From: Octopus sinensis
Lineage: Eukaryota
Length of the DNA stretch: 64,000 bases
Direction of reading: 5' to 3'
Assembly: GCF_006345805.1 (NCBI RefSeq)
Contig: NC_043022.1
Span: forward strand, 24,924,001 to 24,988,000
The notes beneath the pieces were generated by a model, which saw only the letters and a program-made list of their open reading frames with translations, ran no database searches and was not told where the DNA came from. A program made the position numbers and the translations under genes. Positions 27,601-41,289 of this stretch are shown here, piece by piece (positions within the stretch are counted from its first letter, which is position 1; each line of letters starts with the position of its first letter).

Positions 27601-30600
27601 GATTTTAGACCAAAGGCCAGCGGTCTAAATCTTTAGACACAGTTTCACTAAAGATTTTATACCTAAGACCAGCGACCTAGAGATTTAGACATTGTTTCAA
27701 TTAATATTTTAGACCAAAGGCCAGCTATCCAATTCTTTAGAAACAGCTTTAATAGAGATTTAGACACAAGGCCAGGAAACTAAACCTTTAAACACAGTTT
27801 TGATAAAGATTCTAGACGCAAGCCCAGTGATCTAAATCTTAAGACACAGTTTCAAAAATTTTAGACGAAAGGCAAGAGGTCTAAATCTTTAGACTCAGTA
27901 TCACTAAGGATTTTAGACCCAAGGCCAGCGATCTGAATCTTTAGAGAGTGTCACTAAAGATTTTAGATTTAAGGCTAGTGATCTAATTCTTTAGACACAA
28001 TATCAATAAAGATTTTAGTCCCAAGGCCAGGGATCTAAGTCTCTAGACAACATTTTATTAAAGATTTTAGACGCAAGACCAGAGATTTAAATCGTTAGAC
28101 ATAGACTGAATAAAGAATGTAGGCCGAATGTCAGCGGTCTGAATCTTTTGACTCAATATCAATAGATTTTAGCCCCAGGCCAGCGATCTGAATTTTTAGG
28201 CATAGTGTCATTAAAGATTTTAGATCCATGGCTAGTGAGCTAAACCTTTGGTCATAGATTCGATGAAGATTTTAGCTCCAAGGCTAATGAAGAAAGAGAT
28301 TCGCGAAAGATCTTAAACCGGAGAGCAGTGATCTTTAGAGAGATTCAATAAAAATTTCAGACAAAAGGCCAGTGATCTAAATCTTTAGACAGTTTTAATA
28401 AAAATTTAGACCGATGGCCAGTGATCTAAATCTTTAGTGACATTTTCAACAAAGATTTTAGATCCAAGGCCAGTGAGAGAAATCATTAGACACAATTTCA
28501 ATAAAAAATTTATAGCCAAGGCTAGTGATCAAAATCTTTAGATACAGTTTTCACAGGGCTTTCAAAACCAAGGCAAGGGATCTGAATCTTTAGACACAGT
28601 TTCAATAAAGAGTTTAGACCCAAAGCCAATGATCTAAATCTTTGGACACAGTTTCAATAAGAATTTTAGACTGAAGGTCAGCGACCTAAATCTTTAGACA
28701 CAGCTTCAATAAAGATTTTAGACCTGAGGCCAACTGGCTAAATCTTTAAACACAGTTTCAATCAAGATTTTACAGTGAAGGCCAGCGATCTGAATCTTTG
28801 GACAGTAATTCACTAAGGATTTTAGAACAAATGCCAGTGACCTAATCTTTAGACACTATTTTAATAAATATTTTAGCCAAGACCAGCAATCTAAGTCTTT
28901 AGACACAGACTTAGTAAAGAGTTTAGACTGGAGGTCACCGATTTGAATCGTTGGACAGTTTCACTAAAGATTTTAGATCTAAAACCAATGATCAATATGT
29001 TTAGACAGTTTCAATAAAGATTTTAGATCCAAGGTCAGTGATCTAAATCTTTAGACAGAGTTAAACTATAGACCTTAGATGCAATGTCAGTGATTTAACT
29101 CTTTAGACACAGATTCACTAAGGATTTTAGCCCCAAGGCCAGGCATCTAAATGTTTAGACACAGTTTCAATAAAGATTTTAGAACGAAGGCCAGCGATCT
29201 AAATCTTTGGACACAGTGTCACAAACAATTTTAGACCGAAGGCCAGTAATAGAAATCTTTAGACATGGTTTCAATAATGACTTTATATCAAAAGGCAGCG
29301 ATCAAAATCTTTATGCACAGCTTCAGTTAGGATTTTAGAGCCAGGAAAGTGATTTAAATCCTAAGACACAGTTTCAATAAAGATTTTAGACCAAAAGCCA
29401 GAGATGTAAATCTTCAGACACAGTTTCACTAAGGATTTTTGGTTCAAGGCCAGTGATCTAAGTCTTTAAGCACTGGGTTACTAAAGACATTAGACTTAAG
29501 GCGAGCGATCTAAATCTTTAGACATAGTTTCAATAAAGATTTTAGATCAAAGGCCAGCGATCGAAATCTTTAGACACAGTTTCTATAAAGATTTTAGACC
29601 CAAGGCCAGTGATTGAAATCTTTAGACACAGGGTCACTAAAGATTTTAGACCAAAAGCCAGTGATGTAAGTCCTTAGACAAAGTTTCAATAAAGATTTTA
29701 GATCAAAGGCCAGTGATCAAAATCTTTATCCACAATTTCAATAAAGATTTTAAACCAAGGCCAACGATCTAAAACTTTAGCCACGGTTTCTATAAATCTT
29801 TACACGCAGGGTCACTAATAATTTTAGACCAAAAAGCAATGAAATAAATATTTAGATATAATTTCAATAAAGATTTTCGACTGGAGGTCCGGTGATCTTA
29901 ATATTTAGACAGTTTCTGTAGGGATTTCAGACCCAAGGCCAGAGATGCAGATCTTTACATTAAGTTACAATAAGGATTTTAGACCAAAAGCCAGTGTCTA
30001 AATCTTTAAGCACTGGGTTACTAAAGACATTAGACTTAAGGCGAGTGATCTAAATCTTTAGACATAGTTTCAATAAAGATTTTAGACTCAAGGCCAGCAA
30101 TCGAAATCTTTAGATACAGTTTCTATAAAGATTTTAGACCCAAGGCCAGTGAACAAAATCTTTAGACACAGGGTCACTAAAGATTTTAGACCAAAAGCCA
30201 GTGATGTAAGTCTTTCGACATAGTTTCAGTAAAAATTTTCGACCGAATGCCAAGTGATCTCAATATTTAGACACAGTTACAGTAAGGATTTTAACCCAAG
30301 GCCAGTGATGTAATTCTTTACATAATGCTACAATAAGGATTTCAGAACAAAGCCAGTTATCTAATCATTAAACACAGTTCCAAGTAATATTTTAGACTGA
30401 ATACCAGCGATATGAATGTTGAGACACAGTTTCACCGCATATTTTCGACCATAGGCCCAATAATCTATATCTTTAGAAACAGCCTAAAATTTTAGTCTGA
30501 AGCCCTGTGATCAAAATCTTTAGACACAGATTCAGTGAAGATTTTTAGACTCAAGGCCAGGTATGTAAATCTTGAGAAACAATTTCAATAAAGATTTTCG

Positions 30601-30612
30601 ACCATAGGTCCA

Positions 30613-31460
30613 GTGATCTAAATCTTTAGACACAGGATCTAATAAGATTTTAGATCGAAGGACCGTGATCTAAATCTTTAGACACAGGATCTAATAGGAT
30701 TTTAGATCGAAGGACAGTGATCTAAATCTTTAGACACAGTATCTAATAGGATTTTAGATCGAAGGACAGTGATCTAAATCTTTAGACACAGGATCTAATA
30801 AGATTTTAGATCAAAGGACAGTGATCTAAATCTTTAGACACAGGATCTAATAAGATTTTAGATCGAAGGACAGTGATCTAAATCTTTAGACACAGGATCT
30901 AATAAGATTTTAGATCGAAGGACAGTGATCTAAATCTTTAGACACAGGATCTAATAAGATTTTAGATCGAAGGACAGTGATCTAAATCTTTAGACACAGG
31001 ATCTAATAAGATTTTAGATCGAAAGACAGTGATCTATATCTTTAGACACAGGATCTAATAAGATTTTAGATCGAAGGACAGTGATCTAAATCTTTAGACA
31101 CAGGATCTAATAGGATTTTAGATCGAAGGACAGTGATCTAAATCTTTAGACACAGGATCTAATAAGATTAAAGATCGAAGGACAGTGATCTAAATCTTTA
31201 GACACAGGATCTAATAAGATTTTAGATCGAAGGACAGTGATCTAACTCTTTAGACACAGGATCTAATAGGATTTTAGATCGAAGGACAGTGATCTAAATC
31301 TTTAGACACAGGATCTAATAAGATTTTAGATCAAAGGACAGTGATCTAAATCTTTAGACACAGGATCTAATAAGATTTTAGATCGAAGGACAGTGATCTA
31401 AATCTTTAGACACAGGATCTAATAAGATTTTAGATCGAAAGACAGTGATCTAAATCTTTC
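30613..31460 (+). repeat. ~16 near-identical copies of a 52-bp satellite variant
   Basis: GTGATCTAAATCTTTAGACACAGGATCTAATAAGATTTTAGATCGAAGGACA repeated with 0-2 differences per copy. Confidence 0.95.
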
Positions 31461-31827
31461 GATACATTTTAAATAAAGATTTTAGAACAAGTCTAGTAAA
31501 GAGTTTAGTTTGGAGGTCCCTGATTTGAATCTTTGGACAGTTTCACAAAGCAGTTTAGACCCAAAAGCAGCGAACTAAATGTTTAGACACAGGTTGAATA
31601 TAGATTTTAGACGGAAGGCCAGTGATCTGAATCTTTGGACATAGTTTCGCGAAGCAATTTAGCCTAAAGGCCGGAGGTCTAAATCTTTGGAGATAGTTTC
31701 AATACAGATTTTAAACTGAAGGCCAGTGATCTAAATCTTTAAAGCCATTTTCAATAATGATTTTAGACCGAAGACCAGGGAACAAAATGTTTAGACACAG
31801 TTTCAATAAAGATTTGAGACCCATGAA

Positions 31828-31955
31828 AAGTAGTGTGCATACCAACCACATGGTTCTGGGTTCAGTCCCACTGTGTGACACCTTGAGCAAGTGTCTTCTA
31901 CTATAGCCTCGGGCCGACCAAAGCCTTGTGAGTGGATTTGGTAGACGGAAACTGA
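31828..31955 (+). mobile_element. SINE B internal fragment inside the satellite
   Basis: CCAACCACATGGTTCTGGGTTCAGTCCC...GGATTTGGTAGACGGAAACTGA. Confidence 0.85.
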
Positions 31956-34900
31956 TTCTTTAGATGCAGTTTCACTAAGGATTTAAATCCGCCGTCAGCA
32001 ATCTAAATCTTTAAACAGAGTTACACAATAGACCTTAGGCACAAAGTCATTGATTTAAGTCTTTAGACACTGTTTCACCAAGGATTTTAGACCCAAGGCC
32101 AGTGATCTAAATATTTAGACACGGTATCAAAAAAGATTTTAGAACGAAGGCCAGTGATCTAAATCTTTGGACGCAGTGTCACTAAAGATTTTAGACTGAA
32201 GGTGAGCGATCTAAATCTTTAGTCAGTTTCAACAAAGATTTTAGACCCAAGGCCAGTGATCTAAATCTTTAGACTCAGGGTTACTAAGAATTTTAGGCTG
32301 AAGGCCAGCGATTTAAATCTTTAGATACAGTTCCAATAAAGATTTTAGACCGAACGCCAGTAATATAAATCTTTAGACATTGTTTTAATAATGATTTTAG
32401 ATGAAAAGCTAGTGATCAAAATCTTTAGACAAAGTGTGGATTTTACACCTAAGGCAAGCATTATAAATCGTTAGAAAAAGTTTCACTAACAATTTTAGAG
32501 TGAATGTCAGTGATCTAGCTCTTTAAACACAGATTCAGTAAGGATTTTAGACCCAGGGCCAGTGTTATCTAAATCTTTAGAAACAGTTTCAACAAAAATT
32601 TTACACCCAACGCCAGTGTTCTAAACCTTTATTCAGAGTTTCAATAAAGATTTTAGACCAAAGGCCAGCGATCAAAATCTCTAGATACTGTTTAAATAAA
32701 GATTTTAGACCAAAGGCTGGCGATCTGAAACTTTAGATATAGTTTCAATAAAGATCTTAGACTAAAAGCCAGCGATCTAAATCTTGAGACACATTTTCAC
32801 TAAGAATTTTCGCTCAAGGGCAGTGATCTAACACTTTAGACACTGGGTTATTAAAGATATTAGACTTAAGGTGAGCGATCTAAATCTTTATCCACAATTT
32901 CAATAAAGATTTTAGACACGAGGCCAGTGATCTAAATCTTTAAACACTGTTTCAAAAAAGCTTTTAGACAGAAGGCCAGTAATCCAAATCTTCAGACATA
33001 GTTTCAATAAGTATCTTAGACCAAAAGTCAGTAATCAAGATATTTAGACACAGTGACAGCAAGGATTTTAGACCCAAGAAAGTGATCTAAATCGGAAGAC
33101 ACATTTTCAATAAAGATATTAAGGCAAGTGATATAAATCTTTAGGCACAGTTTCAAATTAGCTTTTAGACCAAAGTTCTGTGGTCTAAATCTTTAGATAA
33201 AGTGTCACTATTGATTCCAGACCCAAGGCAAGCAATCTAAATCTTTAGAAACTGTTTCACTAACGATTTTAGACCAAGGGTCAGTGATCTGAATCATAAG
33301 ACACCGTTTCAATAAAGATTTCAAACTGAAGGCCAGCGATCAAAATCTGTAGACACTGTTTTTTCAAAAAAGATTTTAGACCAAACGCTAGTGGTCTAAA
33401 TCTTTAGACAAAGTGTCACTATTGATTTCAGATCCAAGGCAAGCAATCTAAATCTTTAGAAACTGTTTCACTAACGATTTTAGACCAAGGGTCAGTGATC
33501 TGAATCTTAAGACACCATTTCAATAAAGATTTCAAACTGAAGGCCAGCGATCAAAATCTGTAGTCACTGTTTTTTCAAAAAAGATTTTAGACCAAACGCT
33601 AGTAGTCTAAATCTTTATACACAGTCTCACCAAGGATTTTAGACCCAAGGCAAGTCATCTTAACTTTTAGAAAAATTTTCACTAAAGATTTTAGACCCAA
33701 GGCCAGCGATCTAAATCTTTGGACACAGATTTAATAAAGACTTTCAACCAAAAGCCAGTCATCTGAATATTTAGACACAGTTTCAATAAAGATTTTAGAC
33801 CCAAGGCCAGAGACCTAAATCTTTATCCACAGTTTCAAAGGAGATCTTAGACTGATGGAGAGCAATGTAAATCTTTAGACACAGCTTCACTAAATATTGT
33901 AGACTGGAAGCTAGTGATCAAAATCTGTAGACAAAGTATCACTAAGGATTTTAGACCCAAAGGAAGAAATTTCAATCCTCAGAAATAGTTTCAGTAAAGA
34001 TTTTAGACCCAACACCAGCAACATAAATCTTTAGACACATTTTCAGTAAGGACTTCTGCCCCAAAGCCATTGATCTAAATCTTTAAACACAGTCTCGACA
34101 AAGATTTTACACCGAAAGCCACTGATATAAATCTTTATCCACAGATTCAATAAAGATTTTAAACTGAAGGCCAGTGATCTAAATCTTTAGACACAATTTT
34201 TTAAATAAGACTTTTGACCGAAGGCCAGTGGTCTAAATCTTTAGACAAAGTGTCGCTAAGGATCCTAGAGACAATACATGTCGTCTAAATCTTTAGACAC
34301 ATTTTCAATAAAGACTTACGACAGCGATCCAAATTTTCAGACACAGTTTCGCTCACGATTTTAAACCTAAGGCCAGTGATCTAAATCTTTAGACACAGGG
34401 TTGCAAAAGCTTTTGGACTGAAGGCAAGTGATTTAAATCATAAGACAAGGTTTCACTGAAGATTTTATCCCTAAATCCAGTGATCTAAATCTTCAGACAC
34501 AGTTTCACTCACGATTTTAGACCCTAGGCCAGTGATCTAAATCTTTAGATACAGTTTCAATAAAGATTTTCGTCTCAAGGCCAGCAATCTAAATTGTTAG
34601 ACACAGTTTCAATAAAAATTTTAGAATAATGGCCAGCGATCATAAATCTTTAGACAAAGTTTCAGTAAGGATATTAGATCCCAGAACGTGATCTAAATCT
34701 TTATCCACAGTTTCAATAAAGATTTTAAACTGAAGGCCAGTGATCAAATCATTTACACAAATTTTTTAAAAAAGATTTTAGACCGAAGGCCGGTGGTATA
34801 AATCTTTAGACAAAGTGTCAGTAAGGATTTTAGATCCAGGGTTAGTAATCCAACACTTTAGGCACAGATTCAGTTAGGATTTTAGACTCAAAGCCAGTGA

Positions 34901-37900
34901 CTTAAATGTTTGTGCATAGTTTCAATAAAGATTTTACACCTAGGGCCAGTGATCTAAATCTTTACACATAGTCTCACTAAAGATTTTATGCTTAAAAGGA
35001 AGCAGTCCAAATCTTTACAAACAGTTTCGCTAAAATTTTTTGACCCAAGGCCAGCAACTTAAATCTTTTGACACATTTACAGTAAGGATTTTAACCCGAA
35101 GGCCAGTGATCGAAATCTTCATACAGCTTTGACAGAGGTTTTACACCGAAAGGCAGCGATCTAGATCTTTATCTACAGTTTCAATAAAAGATTTTAGACC
35201 GAAGGCCAGTGATCTAAATCTATAATTGCTGTTTAAATAAAGATTTTAGACCGAAAGCTGTGATCTAATTCTATATGCAGAGATTCAATATAGATTTTAG
35301 ACCAAAGGCCAGCAATCTAAATCATTAAACACAGTTTCAATAAAGATCTCAAACCAAAGGCCAGTAATCTAAATCTTTAGACATAGTTTCTATAATGATT
35401 TTACCCCAAAAGCCAGCTATGTATATCTTTAGACACAGTTTCAGTAAGAAGTTTAGATCCAAGCAAGTGATGTAAATCTTAAGATACAGTTTCAATGAAG
35501 ATTTTAGACCCAAGGCCAGTCAGCTTAATCTTTATCCACAGTTTCAAAAGAGATCTTCGACTGATGGACAGCGATGTAAATCTTTTAGACACAGCTTCAT
35601 TAAATATTTTAGACCGAAGGCCAGTAATCAAAATCTGTAGACAAAGTCTAACTAAGGATTTTAGACCCAAAGGAAGAAAATTCAATCTTCAGAAACAGCT
35701 TCACTAACGATTTTAGACTCAATGCCAGCAACTTAAGTCTTTAGATACATTTTCAGTAAAGACTTTAGCCCCAAGGCCATTGATCTAAATCTTTAAACAC
35801 AGTTTCAACAAAGATTTTACACCGAAACCCAGTGATCTAAATCGTTATCTACAGATTCAATAAAGATTTTGAACTGAAGGCCAGTGATCTAAATCTTTAG
35901 ACACAATTTTAAAAATAAGACTTTTGACCGAAGGCCAGTGGTCTAAATTTTAGACAAAGTGTCACTAAGGATCCTAGAGACAATACACATCATCTAAATC
36001 TTTAAAAAGTGTGCCACTCAAGATTTTGCACCCAGGGTCAGTTATCCAACTCATTAGAGACAGATTCAGTAAGGGTTTTAGACATAAAGCCAGCAACCTA
36101 AATCTTTAGTTACAGATTTAGTAAGGCTTTTAGACCCAAGAAAATGGTCAATCTGTTAAGGCACAGTTTCACATAATATTTTAGACCGAAGGCCAGTGAT
36201 ATAAATCTTTAAACAAAATCTCACTAAGGATTTTAGACCCAAAGGAAGAAATGTAAATCTTTAAACATATTTTCAGTAAGGATTTTGGCCCCTAGGCCAG
36301 TGATCTAAATCTTTAGTTACAGATTTAGTAAGGCTTTTAGACCCAAGAAAATGGTCAATGTGTTAAGGCACAGTTTCACATAAGATTTTAGACCGAAGGC
36401 CAGTGATCTAAATCTTTAAACAAAATCTCACTAAGGATTTTAGACCCAAAGGAAGAAATGTAAATCTTTAAACACATTTTCAGTAAGTATTTTGGCCCCT
36501 AGGCCAGTGATCTAAATCTTTAGACACAGTTTCAATAAAGACTTACGACAGCAATCTAAATTTTCAGACACAGTTTCGCTCACGATTTTAGACCAGTGAT
36601 CTAAATCTTTAGACACAGGGTTGCAAAAGCTTTTGGACTGAAGGCAAGTGATTTAAATCATAAGACAAAGTTTCACTAAAGATTTTAGTCATAAATCCAG
36701 TAATCTAAATCTTCAGACACAGTTTCACTCACGATTTTAGACCCTAGGCCAGCGATCTATATCGTTAGACACAGTTTCAATAAAAATTTTAGAATGATGG
36801 CTAGCAATCATAAATCTTTAGACAAAGTTTCAGTAAGGATGTTAGATCCCAGAATGTGATCTAAATCTTAAGAAAAAGTTTCAATAAAGATTTTAAACTG
36901 AAGGCCAGTGATCAAATCATTTAGACAAATTTTTTTAAAAAAGATTTTAGACCGAAGACCAGTGGTATAAATCTTTAGACAAAGTATCAGTGAGGATTTT
37001 AGACCCAGGGTTAGTAATCCAACACTTTAGGCACAGATTCAGTAAGGATTTTAGACCCAAAGCCAGTGACTTAAATGTTTGTGCATAGTTTCAATAAAGA
37101 TTTTACACCGAGGGCCAGGGATCTAAATTTTTACACAAAGTCTCACTAAAGATTTATAGACTTAAAAGGAAGCAGTCCAAATCTTTACAAACAGTTTCGC
37201 TAAAATTTTTTGACCCAAGGCCAGCAACTTAAATTTTTGATACATTTACAGTAAGGATTTTAACCCGAAGGCTAGTGATCAAAATCTTTATACAGCTTTG
37301 ACAAAGGTTTTACACGAAAAGCAGTGATCTAGATCTTTATCTACAGTTTCAATAAAGATTTTAGACTCAAGGCCAGCGATCTAAATCTATAATTGCCGTT
37401 TAAATAAAGATTTTAGACCGAAAGCCGGTGATCTAAATCTATATGCAGAGATTCAATAAAGCTTTTAGAGCCAAGGCCAGCGATCTAAATCATAGTTTCA
37501 ATGAAGATTTTAACCTGATGGCCGGTGGTTTAAATATTTAGACAAAATTTTATGAAGGACTTTAGACTTTAGAAACAGTGTCACTTAAGATTTTAAACCC
37601 GGGGTCAGTGGTTCAACTCTTTAGACACAGATTCAGTTAGGATTTTAGATCCAAAGCCCATGACATAAATCTTTAGACACAGTTTTAGTAAGGGGTTTAG
37701 GCCCAAGAAAGTGAGTTAAATCTTTAGACACAGTTTCAAGAAAGATTTTAGACTCAAGGCCGGTGATCTAAATCTTTATCCACAATTTCGAATTACATCT
37801 TAGACTGAAGGCCAGTGATCTAAATCGTTAGACACAGCTGCACTAAATATTTTAGACCGAAGGCCAGTGATTTAAATCTTTATTCATAGTTTCAAATGAG

Positions 37901-38979
37901 ATCTTTGACTGATGACTAGCGATCTAAATCTTTAGATACAACTTCACTATAATTTTTAGACCGAAGAGCAACGATCTAAATCTTTAGGACAAAGTATCAC
38001 TCAGAATTTGAGGCACAAAGGAAGCAATCTAGATCTTTAGACACATTTTCAGTAATGATTTTAGACCCTAGGTCAGTGATCTAAATCTTTAGACACAGTT
38101 TCAACAAAAATTTTACACCAAAAGCCAGTGATCTAAATCGTTACCCTCAGATTCAATAAAGATTTTAGACCGAAGGCCACTGCTCTAGATCTTTATACAC
38201 ATTTTCAATAAAGACTTACGACAGCAATCTAAATCTTCAGGCACAGTTTCACTCACGATTTTAGACCCTAGGCCAGTGATCTAAATCTTTAGACACAGGG
38301 TTGCAAAAGCTTTTGGACTGAATGCGAATGATTTATATCATGACAGTTTCACTAAAGATTTTAGCCCTAAATCTAGTGATCTAAATCGTTAGACACAGTT
38401 TCAGTAAAGATTTTAGAATTAAGGCCAGCGATCTAAATCTTTAGATACAGTTTCAATAAAGATTTTCATCTCATGGCCAGCGATCTAAATCGTTAGATAC
38501 AGTTTCAGTAAAAATTTTAGAATGATGCCCAGCGATCTAAATATTTAAAGTGCTTTGGTTGTATTTATTACATGAGGCATGTGATCGAAGCATTTAGACA
38601 CTGTTTCACAAGAGTTGAAGTATTAAGACACTCTCTCAAAGATCGTAAGTTTATTAATCTAAATATTTATAAATAAAGTTTGAATTTGGCTTCCAAAATT
38701 CTTGACTTCCAAGATTCTTCTCGTTCGTTGAAACAAATCTTGTTGTATCTTGGGAGGGTCATTACACCAATAAAAATTTGAGTAAACACAAGCACTGGTT
38801 CAATAGCAGATCTATATTTTACCAACTAACTATTCGATGGCTTGTTTAATGTGTTGAGTGAACAATCAACTGATTGTTAGATTTTCTCTATCAGAGTCCT
38901 TTCATTGCTATTCGCCACCTCATCAATGAGATACCCTCTCATCCTTCAGGGTCTGCTTTGAGTCTCTCTGAGTAATATA

Positions 38980-39203
38980 TTTCTTTACTACCCACAAGGG
39001 GCTAAACACTGAGGAGACAAACAAGGAGAGACAAATGGATTAAGTCGATTACATCGACCCCAGTGGGTAACTGATACTTAATTTATCGACCACGAAAGGA
39101 TGAAAGGCAAAGTCGACATCGGCTGAATTTGAACCCAGAACGTAACAGCAGACAAAATACGGCTACGTATTTTGCCCAGCGTGCTAACGTTTCTGCCAGC
39201 TCG
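38980..39203 (-). mobile_element. SINE family A
   Basis: TTTCTTTACTACCCACAAGGGGCTAAAC...GCTAACGTTTCTGCCAGCTCG. Confidence 0.9.
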
Positions 39204-39204
39204 G

Positions 39205-39720
39205 TGTCTATGTGTGTGTGTGTATGTATGTATGGATGGATGCATGTCTGCCCGTCTGTATGTATGTATGCATTTATGTATGTACGTATGTACCTATGTA
39301 AACGTTTGTTTACTTATGTGTGTGCATTCTATTGTGTGTGCATATGCATGTGTATATGCTGTAATCGGTTGCTTGAATAGTTAAATGTCTGTGTGTGTGT
39401 GTGTCTCTGCATGAGTGCATTCTTGTGTGTGTGTGTGTGCATCTGTATGTGTGCACGCGCATGCTTTCGCATATGTGTGTGCATGTCTGTGATGTAGTCC
39501 ATCGTTTTATGCTTAGGTAAGAGTCTATGTGCATGCGTGTATGCACTTTTGTGTGCGTGTGTGTTCCCACATATGTGTGTATGTACGCGCATGCATGTGT
39601 GTGTGTTTGTGCATGTAAGTGTGTATGTTCACGTGTGCATGTGTGTGTGCGTGCATCTGGTTGTGTGTGTGTTTTCGTATGTGTATGCGTGTGCTTGAAT
39701 GTGTATGGTTGTGTACTGGA
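39205..39720. repeat. Degenerate (TG)n/(ATGT)n low-complexity tract
   Basis: Directly visible; explains the H/T- and C/V-rich ORFs. Confidence 0.85.
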
Positions 39721-39920
39721 ACTGTTCATAATTATATGTATTTATCTTGACGGATTTCCGTGTTTCCTGCTGTCCTTCTAATGCTACCCTATACATACCT
39801 ATAAAGAATCTTACTTTCTATTTGTGTCTTATGGTTCGTGATCTTTATAATTACGCGCATTCTCTCAACGGATTAGTCTTAAGGTTAGTAACATAAGCGA
39901 TACGAAAGCTTTTTGGGATT

Positions 39921-40176
39921 TGTGCCGGTGGCACGTAAAAAGCACCATCTGATTGTGGCTGTTGCTAGCCTCATCTGGCCCCCGTGACGGTGGCACATAA
40001 AAAGCACCCACTACACTCACGGAGTGGTTGGTGTTAGGAAGGGCATCAAGCTGTAGAAACACTGCCAGATCAGACTGGGCCTGGCGCAGCCTTCTGGCTT
40101 CCCAGACCCCAGTTGAACTGTCCAACCCATGCTAGCATGGAAAACGAACGTTAAACGATGATGATGATGATGATGA
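39921..40176 (+). mobile_element. 3'-UTR/tail fragment of the RTE LINE
   Basis: Two GTGCCGGTGGCAC-type motifs, GGAGTGGTTGG..TTAGGAAGGGCATC, CCATGCTAGCATGGAAAAC, (GAT)n tail. Confidence 0.85.
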
Positions 40177-40420
40177 AATCTTCAAGCGCAATCTCACTAA
40201 GGATTTGAAATTTAAAGCCCCTGATTGAAGGATTTAGACATGGTATCACTAGATATTTGAGGCCTCGCGCCTGTGATCTTAATTTCTGAGTTTCACAAGG
40301 GTTTGAGAATTGAAGGCAATGGTCTTTAGACATATTCTGATTAGAGATATGAGGTTTTAGGCTTTTGATCTTAGTACTTAGATGCAGCCTAATTCACTCT
40401 CACGATAGAGATTTGAAGCC
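40177..40420 (+). repeat. Outlying, strongly diverged 52-bp satellite remnant
   Basis: TCTCACTAAGGATTTG, GATTTAGACATGGTATCACTAGA, CCTGTGATCTTAATT motifs. Confidence 0.55.
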
Positions 40421-40427
40421 ATAGAAG

Positions 40428-40726
40428 TATAAGGGTAGGTAATGCCATTTTGTTTTGGACAGGTATAATTACCAACACAGGAACATGTATCATACATCAA
40501 AAGGAAGCTGGTCCTCTGTGGATCACATCCCTACTTTTCAATATAGTCACTGTTTCTCTCAATAGCAATATTCCACCTTCGAATGAGAGCATGTATCCCT
40601 GCCCCGTAAAATTCTGTTGACTGTTCTTTGAGCCACTTCTTCACTATAGTTCTCACTTCTTCGTCACTGGACTATCATCTCTTAGGCCCCATGAAAGAGG
40701 GTTTGAGAGGCAAACATTATTCCAGT
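40428..40726 (-). mobile_element. Mariner transposase 3' fragment with a 49-bp internal inversion
   Basis: Minus: DEEVRTIVKKWLKEQSTEFYGAGIHALIRRWNIAIERNSDYIEK*. The DYHLLGPMKEGLRGKHYSS segment reads on the plus strand. Confidence 0.85.
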
Positions 40727-40819
40727 ATGTATGTATGTATGCAAGTACATACGTACATACTTATGTATGTATGTATGTATGTATGTATGTATGTATGTAT
40801 GTATGTATATGTGTATGCT

Positions 40820-40980
40820 GGCGTGGCTATGTGGTAAGAAGTTTGCTTCCCAACCACATGGTTCGGGTTCAGTCCCGCTGTGTGATACTTAGAGCAAGTG
40901 TCTTCTTATACTGCCTCTAGACTGACCAAATCCTTGTGAGTTGATTTGGTAGACGGAAACTGAAAGAAACCCATCGTATA
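40820..40980 (+). mobile_element. SINE B 5' half (diverged)
   Basis: GGCGTGGCTATGTGGTAAGAAG...GGTAGACGGAAACTGAAAGAAACCC. Confidence 0.8.
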
Positions 40981-41289
40981 TATGTATGTATATATATAAC
41001 ACGAAAATAAGTATATGTATTGATGGAAAACCTCTATAAATGGCTGATGATTGCTCAACATTTTAAAACTGTTGTAATACTTACAATGTTTAATAAAATG
41101 ATGTAGCGTGAAACGATTGTACCAAATTACCGAAGATATTCTTGTGTCTTATTTTGATATATATATATATATATATATATGTACGTACACAGACACAGAC
41201 ATACATATGTGTGTGTATGTGTGTGTGAGTGTGCGCATGCGCATGCATGATTAGCTAAAGACTCAAACAAACAAACGATACAAGAAAAA

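Larger units (their letters stand above)
24308..38545 (+). repeat. 52-bp tandem satellite, block 2 (subfamilies with ATTTCACAAGAGATTTA at ~26-27.6 kb and GTTTCAATAAAGATTTT at ~27.6-38.5 kb)
   Basis: Same GGCCAGTGATCTAAATCTTTAGACAC core as block 1, forward orientation, ~52-bp period. Confidence 0.95.
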
